Shown: positions 54,901-64,000 of the stretch, piece by piece | How the letters are laid out: every line of letters starts with the position of its first letter | Numbering within the stretch: the stretch's first letter is position 1 | Source: an uncultured Planctomycetaceae bacterium | GTDB lineage: Bacteria > Planctomycetota > Planctomycetia > Planctomycetales > Planctomycetaceae | Direction of reading: 5' to 3' | Assembly (NCBI GenBank): GCA_963813715.1 | Contig: CAWFAK010000017.1 | Location: forward strand, 384,001-448,000 | DNA length: 64,000 bases | Program-made: the position numbers and the translations under genes | The notes under the pieces: model-generated | What the model was told of the DNA's origin: nothing | What the model saw: only the letters and a program-made list of their open reading frames with translations | Databases searched by the model: none

Positions 54901-57900
54901 TTGGGATGCCGATCTGCAAACGGCGACCGCTTTGCGTTGGTCCCTGGCAATTGCCGGCCTGGTCGTCGCCGTGGCGTGGGCCTCGAGGGGGCCGGTGATG
55001 CGGGTCGCGTCGCGAACGGGCGGCGGATCATCGGACAATGTGCCGAAGGAACTCCTCTCTCTCCGCAACTCGCTCATCGCGTCAACGAGCTTGCCCCTGC
55101 TAATCCTGACCGCGCAAGCGTTATTCGACGTCTTGGACGTCGGCAGAGTTCCCCTCGCCCCCATCGCTGGCTCGTTCGTTGTTCGCATGGCTCCCTACCT
55201 GTCGTACACGGTGCCGCTCGGGATCCTGGCGGCGGCATTCGTCGTTTACGCCATTGCCGATCGGCGCGTCGAGTGGGGGTTGGCGGCGACGTTCTTAGTC
55301 CAATTCGCGTTGGGCTTCGCGGCGGCTCTTGCCCTGATCCTGAGCTCCGAGCTGCAGACGGTTGCGCAAGTCACTCGCTACCTCCAAGAGATCGGCCTGT
55401 TGACCGTGATCGGCGCCGTCATCTGGTGCGGCATCGAGGCGTTCGCCCAGCGAAGAGACGTAGCGTCTGAGCCGCGCCTGGGTGCGTTCGAGACGCCGCG
55501 TTGGACGCAGCTGGCATTCGTCGCTGTTTTCGCGGGCCTGCTGATTGGCGGGGCAACGGTCGGACTTTGGCTGTCGCCCGAGCCGCTGTTTAACTCCGTG
55601 CGGCAATCTGGCACGGGACTCGGCTGGCTGTTCCTCGTTTCGGCAACGGCGGTGGGAATCTGGTCGCAACGCCGCAATTGGCCGCTCTCGGCGATCAACG
55701 TCGGACTGTTGTTCCTCGCGGCAGCGGCTGTCCTCGGAGCCGCGGCGCTGGGAAGTCGGAACTCGGCCGATAACTGGTTTTCGTTCCATATGGCGATCGG
55801 TGGGTGGTGTGGAGTCGTCGCGCTAGCCGCGGTCGCCACATCCGTGACCCGTTCGCGGGAAGGCCGCCGAGGTGCCGTTGGGATCGCGGATCGCACCCTG
55901 CTCTTGCTGCCGGTCATTCTCGCCTTTGCGTACAAAACGCAACGATTCGACCCCCTGCGTCCGTGGTGGGCGGCCGGTGCGATGATCTGGCTCTCCCTCT
56001 GTGTGATGGCGATGGCCGCGCGTGCTGAGAGCCGGGTGCGATCGTATCTTTCCCTCGTGCTCGCGGTTTTGGGCGCCGTGTCGATCGGCACGCGGCCCTG
56101 GTTGGGAGCATTTGCTCCGACCGGTCCGCAGCAGTTCCTCGATTTGGCGCACATCGTCGTTCTCGGTATGGGTCTGCACGGGCTCGCCTGGCTGGCGATC
56201 GAATTGACGCACGAGCGCCGGCGGGACCGGCCTTTCGATGAATCGTCGAGCCTGCATTCGGCGCATCACTACGCCGTCGAGATTGGGACATTGTGCCTTG
56301 GCTTCGCGTTGCTGGTCGTTTTCGCCAGGCACTCGCTTTTGCCCACTCTGACGGGCGCGACGCCGCTGGGATGGGCCGGTGTCGCCACTATGGCCGCGCT
56401 GGCCGCCGGGTCGCTTTGGGAACGTCGGGCCGAACACTCCATTCGGATCTTATACGCGTTGGGGCTGATCGCGATCGCGACGATTCTCGATTCAGAGACA
56501 ACTCGACAGGCGCCATTTGATCTTCGCGGCGGCTGCCTGCCTCGCCGGTTATGCGGTGTTCTCCGGCACCCTGTGGTCCGTCCGCCGTCGCTTGAAGGAG
56601 TTTGGCCTGCGGTTGGGAATAAGTTCTTTCTCGCTCGACGGTGAGCGCGTCACTCCCTGGCTGGGGCCAACGAGCCTGGCGATCGGGGCGCTCGTAATCG
56701 GTATCGAGTTCTGGGTCGTGCTGACCTTCCAGGAACCATCGCTACGAATCAGCGGGGCTCTGGCGACGCTGGCGCTCGGCGGCGGCTTGGCGCTCTTGGC
56801 GACAACGCGAGCGCGAGGAATTTTCCAAGCTGCGGCACTCGGCGTCGCCGCGATCGCTGCCGTGCAATTCGGCTGGAGCCTGATGGCTCCGATCGGCACG
56901 TTGCCAAACGAGGAGCTGCGGCGGACGATCCGCATGATGGCGATGCTCGCGGCGACGACCTTTGTTTACGGACTGCCGCTCGTCCGCGTAGTCTCGCCGC
57001 AAAGCACCTGGTTTGCGTCGATCCGCCGGGCCGCAATCGGCGTGGCGGCGACGACGATTGCAACTCTGGCGCTCGTGCTCTTGTTTGAGATCTCGGCGTT
57101 CAACCCGACCGCAGGGACGCCGGTGAGCGTGGGCGAAAGCCTGCTCGTGGCGTTGACTCTGGTGCTGCTGGCAGCGGGACTCGTTTCGTTGGCCGTTTTG
57201 CCCGGTCGCGATCCGTTCCTGCACGCGGAGCGGCAGCGATTCCTCTACGTCTACGCCAGCGAAGTGGTCTGCGGGCTGCTCTGTGCCCACGTTTACTTGA
57301 CGAATCCCCAATTTTTCCGGCACACGCTGCAGCCCTATTGGCCGCTGGTCGTGATGGCAATCGCCTACGGCGGGACGGCCGTCTCGGAACTCTTCCGGCG
57401 GCTGAAGGTGACCGTGCTGGCCGAGCCGCTTGAATACAGCGCGGCTTTCTTGCCTGTGCTGCCCGTCGTCGGTTTTTGGATGCTGAACTCGGATTTGAGT
57501 TATTCGACGATGCTGGTCGTCGTCGGCCTCTTGTATCTGTTCCTCAGCCTGCGGCGCGGATCGCTCGCATACGCTGCGGCCGCGGCCGTCGTTGGCAACG
57601 CGACTTTGTGCAGCCTGTTTTCCGAGCACGGAGTTTCGCTGCTCTTGCATCCGCAGATGTTCGTGATTCCTCCCTGCGTGACAATTCTGGCGGCCGCCCA
57701 ATTGAATCGTGATCGGCTCGATCCAAAAATGCTGGCGTCGCTCCGGTACTTCGCAATCACGACGATTTACGTCAGCTCGACCGGCGAGATGTTTCAGCAC
57801 GGCATCGGCACGACGCTCTGGCTGCCGATGGTGCTCGCGGGGCTGTCGTTGCTCGGCGTGCTGGCGGGGATCGTGCTTCGCGTGCGCGCCTTTCTGTACC

Positions 57901-58094
57901 TGGGAACTTCCTTCCTTTTGCTGTCGATCGTGAGCATGGTCTGGCACGCGTCGCGCAGCATCGGCCACGTCTGGCCGTGGTGGGTCTTCTTGTTCGCCCT
58001 GGGAGTCGGCCTGCTCACCCTGTTCGGCGTCTTCGAGAAAAAACGTCCGGAAGTCCTGGCCCTGGTCGGCAGCCTGCGCGAGTGGGAGCGCTAG
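51942..58094 (+). CDS. Very large (~2000 aa) polytopic membrane protein with N-terminal zinc-ribbon; frameshifts near 54040 and 56510
   Basis: CPSC-x10-CPKC, AFLEEKNIRWGELISGLLIVG, dozens of hydrophobic segments across three overlapping ORFs, ends FEKKR...LREWER. Confidence 0.75.
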
Positions 58095-58101
58095 TCAGGC
58101 G

Positions 58102-58287
58102 GTGCCCCAGCTGTCCGACAGACCGATTACACCCCTTACGCGATGGGCCGGGCTTTCCGGCGCCGCATACGCGCAACGCCCCGACCTCCTGGAAGCGGCC
58201 GACCGGGCCCTCTATCGTGCCAAGCGCGAGGGCCGCAATCGGGTCTGCGTGAGACAGACGCTTGAGCCTGTGGCCGTCGGCATTTGA
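58102..58287 (+). pseudogene. C-terminal fragment of a GGDEF domain
   Basis: LLEAADRALYRAKREGRNRV; the GGDEF core is absent. Confidence 0.75.
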
Positions 58288-58352
58288 AAAGTTGGCGACC
58301 CGAAGACGGCAAAGGCGAGTCGCCGCATTTCCGCGACGATTGGATATGGCAT

Positions 58353-59481
58353 CTACGGATTGGGCGTGTGAGTGCGAATGTTCGTGAGCGGGATCGATGA
58401 GGTGAATGGCCCAACCCAGGACGATTCCTCCAATAAGTGCAATCGTGAGTCGGATGCGGTCGTGCGAATGAAATTCCAGCTCGGGCAGCAGGTCAGTGAG
58501 CGCGATACAGACAAAGACCCCGGCCGACGCGGCTATGGCCCAGCCGACAATTGTCGATTGGGAGCCGGAAAATTCGTGCAGTCCCAATACGAAGAGTCCA
58601 GCGCCCAACGGACAAATGAGTGAGAACGCCGAGTTCGCCAGCGATTGAGAGCGCGACGACCAGCCCGTAATCGCCATCAGAGAGGTGATCGACATCGAAT
58701 CGATGGGCTTATGCAAAAGGACTGCCAGAAACGTTCCCAAGCCGAACAGGCCGGTTCCTCCCTCCAAGGCATCCGACTCAACGCTGGCGCCCAGCGCAAG
58801 TCCGTCGATCAATGTGTGTAAACCCATCCCCAGACAGACGCCCACCCAACTGAGCGAGTGGGCCTGCCGCCCTGAACACGAAGAATGAGCGTGGGCTGCA
58901 TCGTGCTCTTTGCCCCCGTGGGTTGGATCGTAATGGTCGTGTCCATTTCCAGTCGGACCGCTTTGTAACGAAGAAGGGTCGGCTGAATGTTGGTGGCTGG
59001 CGAACATCCGCAGGATCAGGAACATTGCCACCAGGCCGACCATCATTCCAGTCGCAGCTTTATCGGGACCATCGTCACCCAGCTCGGCCAGGGCATGTGG
59101 CAGCATGTGGAAGACCCCAATCGCGAGCATCAGGCCGGCGATCACACTGATGATCACCTGCATCCTCGTATGCGACAGCTGAACTCGCTGCGGTAGCCAA
59201 CCACCCAAGAGCGAGGCGCCGACGATCAACGCGCAGTAGAAGCCCAGGAGAATGCGCGACTTTGAAACCGATGTGCCCGCGATTGGGCCGCCGACTGCTG
59301 CGGACGCGAGTGGAACACGTGACGCCGGTCGCCCAGAATCGCAGCTGCAGTTCCGACTGGAAGTAATGTCGCGGGAATTCAGCGACGGGTCGGGGGCGCG
59401 AGGCGGCAAATCCTGCGCACGGCCGGCGCTGACCAAGCCACCAATGAGCGCCGCCAAGAGAAGGCGAGGGAGAACTCGCAC
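58353..59481 (-). CDS. ZIP-family metal transporter; start and stop uncertain (as sequenced it reads through to 58015)
   Basis: FHMLPHA, His-rich loop, LHTLIDGLALG, LLHKPIDS, LTDLLPELEFH. Confidence 0.85.
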
Positions 59482-59670
59482 GTTCGATCTTTCCCGGTTC
59501 GGAAGCGCACGATTCGCGCCGGCACGCTACGTGCCAAGGGCAACGGGTCAGACCGAATGCTGTCAAGCCCTCGATCCTGATGGGAAACCGTCACAATTGC
59601 AACTGAAAGCTGACACGGCACCTTGGGAGGCCGAGGTGACGTGAACCAGATTTAACCTCCGGCCTCCGGA

Positions 59671-59699
59671 TTGACAGCTAAGGCGGAGCGACCTAAACT
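59671..59699 (+). promoter_or_regulatory. Sigma70-type promoter of the ArsR operon
   Basis: TTGACA-17 bp-TAAACT. Confidence 0.75.
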
Positions 59700-59723
59700 T
59701 CAATAGTTGCACGATTCATTGAA
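59699..59723. promoter_or_regulatory. Putative ArsR/SmtB operator
   Basis: Inverted repeat TTCAAT-N13-ATTGAA between the -10 box and the ATG. Confidence 0.55.
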
Positions 59724-59732
59724 TGAGTAACG

Positions 59733-60086
59733 ATGTCGACACGGATGCTTGAGCGTACTCCCAAATGTTTGCCCCGCGACCATGCTCGGCGGCGAAAGGC
59801 CGAGATCGATCGCGACGCTTGCGAAAGGGCGGCCGCGATCTTTCGAGCCCTTGGTGACACATCGCGACTGCACATGCTGGCGATGCTGGCCGAAGGAGAT
59901 ATGTGCGTCACCGAAATCGCGGATCGGCTTGGTGATAGCCTGTCCGCCGTCTCCCAGCGGTTGAAGCTGTTGCGAAGCGAGCGAATCGTCAAACAACGAC
60001 GCGAAGGCAAGCACATCTATTATTCGTTTGCGGATGGGCACGTGGCGGAAATGATCTCAAACGCGCTCGCCCACGCGGAGGAATAA
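59733..60086 (+). CDS. ArsR/SmtB-family metal-sensing repressor
   Basis: FRALGDTSRL, DMCVTEIA, SAVSQRLKLL; alpha5 site DGH-x10-H-x2-E as in SmtB/CzrA. Confidence 0.93.
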   Translation: MSTRMLERTPKCLPRDHARRRKAEIDRDACERAAAIFRALGDTSRLHMLAMLAEGDMCVTEIADRLGDSLSAVSQRLKLLRSERIVKQRREGKHIYYSFADGHVAEMISNALAHAEE

Positions 60087-60205
60087 CCGATTCCGTCGCG
60101 CGGGCGCAGTGTTACCGGGCGCGATCCTGTAAGTGGCAGCGATCAATGCGGTCTGACCAGTAAGAAAGCGTGAAACGTTTCTGCGGACGACAAAAGGAGA
60201 GCCAA

Positions 60206-60556
60206 ATGTCAAGTACTCTGCATTCCAATCACGCGCACAAGCACGGGTCGAACTGCGGTCACACAGCTATTGAACACCAAGGCCATGTCGACTATCTGCA
60301 TGACGGACATCTGCACCACCAACTCCCCGATGGGAAGGTCGAGGAGCACAAGTTGGCAGTTGGTGCGACCAACCCGAGTGCCTGCACGCCCAACCATCAC
60401 TGTGGTGGGCACGCCGACGATCACGTCCACGGCCCGAATTGCGGCCACGCCGCAGTTCCTCATGGGGACCATGTCGACTATCTCGTGAATGGACATCTGC
60501 ATCATCCCCATGGATCGCATTGCGACGACCATGGCCCCGTGACCGTCAAGAGCTAG
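60206..60556 (+). CDS. His-rich two-repeat metal-binding protein
   Basis: 116 aa with 26 His and 5 Cys (manual count); two copies of HxHGxNCGHxAxxHxxHVDYLxxGHLHH; AAGGAG RBS. Confidence 0.85.
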   Translation: MSSTLHSNHAHKHGSNCGHTAIEHQGHVDYLHDGHLHHQLPDGKVEEHKLAVGATNPSACTPNHHCGGHADDHVHGPNCGHAAVPHGDHVDYLVNGHLHHPHGSHCDDHGPVTVKS

Positions 60557-60577
60557 GCGGCTCCTGCCGAACCGACG

Positions 60578-60608
60578 CGCCCGCGTCCTGCAAGGGAGCC
60601 GCGGGCGT
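60578..60608 (+). terminator. GC-rich hairpin between the His-rich gene and the CDF gene
   Basis: CGCCCGCG...CGCGGGCG stem with a weak U-tract. Confidence 0.4.
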
Positions 60609-60671
60609 TCTGCTTCGTTGAGGCAGCGAAGTCGATCAAGCATTAAGCGGTCGCGCTCAAAGATTCCCAAC

Positions 60672-61661
60672 ATGACGCACGAAGTCTCAAGCCCGACGTG
60701 CGGTCACGATCACCACGGCGAGCACCAGCATCATCATCTTGCCAGTGACGACACCGGCAAGATGTGCCTCGCCTTGTTGTTGACCGTGGCGTTCGTCGTC
60801 GGTGAAACTTTCGCCGCCTGGTTCGCGCACAGCCTGGCCTTACTTTCTGACGCGGGCCATAACTTTGCCGACGCGGCGGCTCTGGGGCTGTCGTGGTATG
60901 CGCTGTGGATCGCCAGGAAGCCCGCCCACACCGGAATGACGTTCGGTTACCATCGTGTCGGCATCCTGGCCGCACTCGTCAATGCCGTTTCGCTGGTGGT
61001 CATTGCCCTCCTGATTTTTTGGGAAGCAATCGACCGGCTTCGGAATCCGGCATTGGTTGACGGCTGGCTGATGATTGGGACGTCGATTGTGGCCGTCGCC
61101 CTGAATGCGACGATCACTGTCTGGTTGCACGCCGGGGCCAAGCACGATCTCAACGTTCGCTCGGCCTATCTCCACATGGCGGGAGACGCCGTTTCCGCAT
61201 TTGGTGTGCTCATTGCGGGCGTCGTCGTTGTGCTCGGCGGTTCACCCTATGCCGACGCCATCGCTTCACTTGTGATCGGCTCGCTGATCCTCTGGAGTTC
61301 GTGGGGCATTCTCAAAGAGAGCGTGAACGTTCTGTTGGAGGGGACGCCTTTCGGATTAGACATGGGTGCAGTGGAGACTGCCATCGCGGGAGTGCCGGGA
61401 GTCCTGAATGTGCACGACCTTCACGTCTGGACCGTGGGGCCAGGTGTCATTGCTTGCAGCTGCCACGTCCTCGTAACCGAACAGACGATCCGGGAGGGCC
61501 AGCAGATCCTGAAGTCGGTCGTCGACGTACTGGGAGAGCGCTTCGCCATCAGCCACACAACCGTTCAAATCGAAGTCGAAGGTCACGAGGTGGACGAAAT
61601 GTATTGCACATTGCGAAAACGGCCTGGTCACTCTCATTTGCATCACGGCCATCGACACTGA
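60672..61661 (+). CDS. Cation diffusion facilitator (CzcD/ZitB-like)
   Basis: SLALLSDAGHNFAD, TFGYHR, SAYLHMAGD, VHDLHVW, HTTVQIE; His-rich termini. Confidence 0.93.
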   Translation: MTHEVSSPTCGHDHHGEHQHHHLASDDTGKMCLALLLTVAFVVGETFAAWFAHSLALLSDAGHNFADAAALGLSWYALWIARKPAHTGMTFGYHRVGILAALVNAVSLVVIALLIFWEAIDRLRNPALVDGWLMIGTSIVAVALNATITVWLHAGAKHDLNVRSAYLHMAGDAVSAFGVLIAGVVVVLGGSPYADAIASLVIGSLILWSSWGILKESVNVLLEGTPFGLDMGAVETAIAGVPGVLNVHDLHVWTVGPGVIACSCHVLVTEQTIREGQQILKSVVDVLGERFAISHTTVQIEVEGHEVDEMYCTLRKRPGHSHLHHGHRH

Positions 61662-62121
61662 TCAATTAGCTTGCTCAGATTCGCCCGCGTTCTACTTAGT
61701 TCAGTTGGACTGTTTCAAGCTCACGTATTTCAGTTCGTCTGGGACTGAATAAGTCCTCACGCAGAGAGTGAGCGAGGCCACGGGAAAACGCTGAAACTCG
61801 TGCCTTCCCGTGCTTGCGCGAAGCTTGTGTGGAGGCGCTAATTTGGAGACCGCGTGCCGATTGAGTCTTCGATGTGGGTTGGAGGTCGCTGAATTCGCAA
61901 TCGAAGGATAGGCACGTATCCAGCGGCTGCATTGCGTGGAGCCAACTTGCTCGGCATCTCGTCATAATCGCCGCTATCGAATGCCGCGTGCGACACGTTC
62001 CGCAAGCATGTGGTGAAGTCGCCGCGCGATCTCGAAATGGGCCGGATAAGGGAAACATCGGCTGCCGCCTTTGCCGCATCCCTCGTGGAATCGGGTCGGA
62101 TGACGAAGTGCAGGTAGCGGG

Positions 62122-62158
62122 GGTCGAACTCGCGCGTTCGATCGCGCGAAGGTCGACC
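62122..62158 (-). terminator. Hairpin directly after the FKBP gene stop codon
   Basis: GGTCGA..CGCGCG-loop-CGCGCG..TCGACC. Confidence 0.4.
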
Positions 62159-62161
62159 GGC

Positions 62162-63787
62162 CTAGCTGACCGACAGCACGTTGACGTTGAAGACGAGGAT
62201 CGAATTGGGCGGGATCGACGAGCCCGACCCGCTGGTGCCGTAGGCGAGCGTCGACGGGATGATGAGCTGCGCCACCGTGCCGACGGGCAGCAGTTTGAAC
62301 GCTTCGTCCCAACCGGCGATGACTTGGCCGGCGCCGAGTGTGAACGTGAACGGAGTCACGTGGCCGAACTTGGAGTCGGTGTTGGAGTCGAACTCGGTGC
62401 CGAGCGTGCCGTCCGAGTTCAACAGGAAGCCGGAATAGTCGACGCTGACCGTCTGACCGATGGCCGGGGTGGCCCCTGTGCCCCGGGTCGTGATCACGTA
62501 ATTCAAACCGTCCGCGGTGGTCGTGGCAGTGAGGTTATTCGCCTGCAAATACTTGTTGATGATGGCCGTGCCGTCGGTGATCGTGCCCGTCCCGGTCTGC
62601 GTGTTCCCTTGGTTGTCGGTGCTGGTGACGGTGACGGTGGTGACCGGCGACGCGAGCGTGGCGCCGCCCAGGTTCAGGGACCAGTTGCCGGCCGACGGCG
62701 ACGTTAACTGCGAATTGGTTCCGAGCGTGTACGTCGTCCCGTTGGCTGCGACTGTCAGCACCGACGTGTTGACCGAATCGAACGTGCCGGTGATCACTGG
62801 CGCCGTGTTGAGGGTGGTGGTCTGCGAATTCACCGTCGGTGCGGCGAGAGTCGGCGTCGTGTTGTTGAAGGTGGCGTTGCGAGTCTTCGGCGTGACGGAG
62901 AAGAAGACCGACTGCGGATCCTGGTTGATCGTGATCCCGTTATGCGGCGACCCGAGGAACGAAACGGCGCTCTGAAATTCATTCTGGCCGGCGTTGGCGC
63001 TGTTGAGATTGACGACGCCGCTTTGCCCCATCTGGATCGTGGCTCTGCCGGTGTAGGTCGTGTCGCTCGAGGTCAGCGTGCTGTCTTTCCCCGGCTCGAC
63101 GTTGTGCAGCTTTCCCGTGATGGTCGAACCGTTGAGCGTGAGCGCGCCGACTCGGTCGGTCAGGTTGCCGCCGATGGTGGTCGATTCGAGATCCAGCGTG
63201 TCGCCGGAGGATTTGCCCAGGCGGGCGTCGAGATTGCCAGTCACCGACGAATTTTGGATGGTGACGCTATCGGTGGATCGCCCGCCGTGGATGTTGATCT
63301 TGTCCGCGTCGACGTCGCTGAGCGTAATCGAGTTGCTTTGCTGGCTGGCATTCACGCCGACGTTGAGCGAGGCGAGCGTGGACGACCCGTCGCCGCTGAT
63401 GTTGACGCTGTTGTCGTGGTGATTGAGCGCCAGCGAGATCGAGGCGGGCCCCGTGATGTTGATGGTGTCGGTCGATTCCGTTTGACCGTTGACGCGGAAC
63501 TCCGTGTCGGTCCCGCCGGTGAGCACTACCTGAGAGCTGGTGTACGAGATGGTGACGCTGTCCTGCTCGGTCGTACTGCCGCCCCGCTGTTCGGTCAGGT
63601 GGATCGAATTACCGCTGACGTGGACGCCAACCAGCAGGGTGAGCATCTGGCGCCCTTCGAGCGACTCGATGTGAGCGATCGGGCCTCCGACGGAGCAGCG
63701 TCGACGCGCGCGGACTCGCCGCCCGGCCGCGCGTCCGCCCTGGCGTTTGAGCCACGCGGCAATGTGGTGAGTCCAACTTCGGGGCAT
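62162..63787 (-). CDS. LEPR-XLL-type exported protein with Thr/Ser/Asn-rich beta region, Ig-like domain and C-terminal FKBP peptidyl-prolyl isomerase
   Basis: IESLEGRQML; VDYSGFL...EFDS...FTLGAGQVIAGWDEA...IPSTLAYG...IPPNSILVF. Confidence 0.88.
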   Translation of the reverse strand: MPRSWTHHIAAWLKRQGGRAAGRRVRARRRCSVGGPIAHIESLEGRQMLTLLVGVHVSGNSIHLTEQRGGSTTEQDSVTISYTSSQVVLTGGTDTEFRVNGQTESTDTINITGPASISLALNHHDNSVNISGDGSSTLASLNVGVNASQQSNSITLSDVDADKINIHGGRSTDSVTIQNSSVTGNLDARLGKSSGDTLDLESTTIGGNLTDRVGALTLNGSTITGKLHNVEPGKDSTLTSSDTTYTGRATIQMGQSGVVNLNSANAGQNEFQSAVSFLGSPHNGITINQDPQSVFFSVTPKTRNATFNNTTPTLAAPTVNSQTTTLNTAPVITGTFDSVNTSVLTVAANGTTYTLGTNSQLTSPSAGNWSLNLGGATLASPVTTVTVTSTDNQGNTQTGTGTITDGTAIINKYLQANNLTATTTADGLNYVITTRGTGATPAIGQTVSVDYSGFLLNSDGTLGTEFDSNTDSKFGHVTPFTFTLGAGQVIAGWDEAFKLLPVGTVAQLIIPSTLAYGTSGSGSSIPPNSILVFNVNVLSVS

Positions 63788-64000
63788 CGTCGAGTGGTAG
63801 CTCGCATGAAGAGGATTGTCCGGTCGTCCTGGTCCGACCGCAGGATGGACCGGAAAAGGGGCAGACCGAAAAGGTATCGTCCGGGGACGAATCGGCCGCA
63901 CAGGCAATTTTAAATGACGGGAGGGGCACCGGCCAGACGTTGGAAGGGTTGAAAAAGGCTAATTTATACGTCTTCACGGATTGAGGGGCTTGTGCTCGAT

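Noticed and set aside
58015..58352. Long C-terminal extension of the ZIP transporter
   Set aside because: It overlaps the GGDEF fragment and the end of the large membrane protein on the other strand; more likely a stop lost through an indel after the His tail.
63850..63900. c-di-GMP-I riboswitch-like words (GGGCAGACC-GAAA...GGGACG)
   Set aside because: Poor match to the two-stem architecture, and on the strand opposite the adjacent gene.

Overview
GC-rich bacterial DNA, most likely a Planctomycetota genome or MAG. The assignment rests on a DUF1552/DUF1592 pair, a Ser/Thr kinase-FGE fusion, a LEPR-XLL-type protein and a very large membrane protein. Many genes are split by single-base indels, densest at about 19-33 kb, which looks like long-read consensus error rather than true pseudogenisation. 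Contents in order: a secreted beta-propeller protein; a methyltransferase; ppk2 plus a YHS-domain gene; RND efflux pair 1; a ~0.8 kb mosaic of nested palindromic and heptamer repeats; a kinase-FGE gene bracketed by a 60-bp duplication of the 3' end of the neighbouring serine hydrolase; an accessory region (~18.5-35.9 kb) with gene scars, RND pair 2 plus a thiolase, MarR, a sigma54 activator and redox/detox genes; a complete malonate decarboxylase operon mdcABCDEGH; an atypical sirtuin; a Tat-exported flavin amine oxidase; the DUF1592/DUF1552 pair; a ~2000-aa membrane protein; a zinc locus (ZIP, SmtB-like repressor, His-rich protein, CDF); and a secreted FKBP fusion. I found no rRNA, intact tRNA, CRISPR array, integrase, transposase or reverse transcriptase. 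The best candidates for new biology are (1) a repeated promoter in which a putative MarR palindrome overlaps a sigma54 -12 element, (2) the nested micro-insertion repeat mosaic, which contains both a filled and an empty site, and (3) a 26-His two-repeat metallothionein-like protein under an SmtB-type repressor. All product calls come from motif recognition only; no database searches were run.
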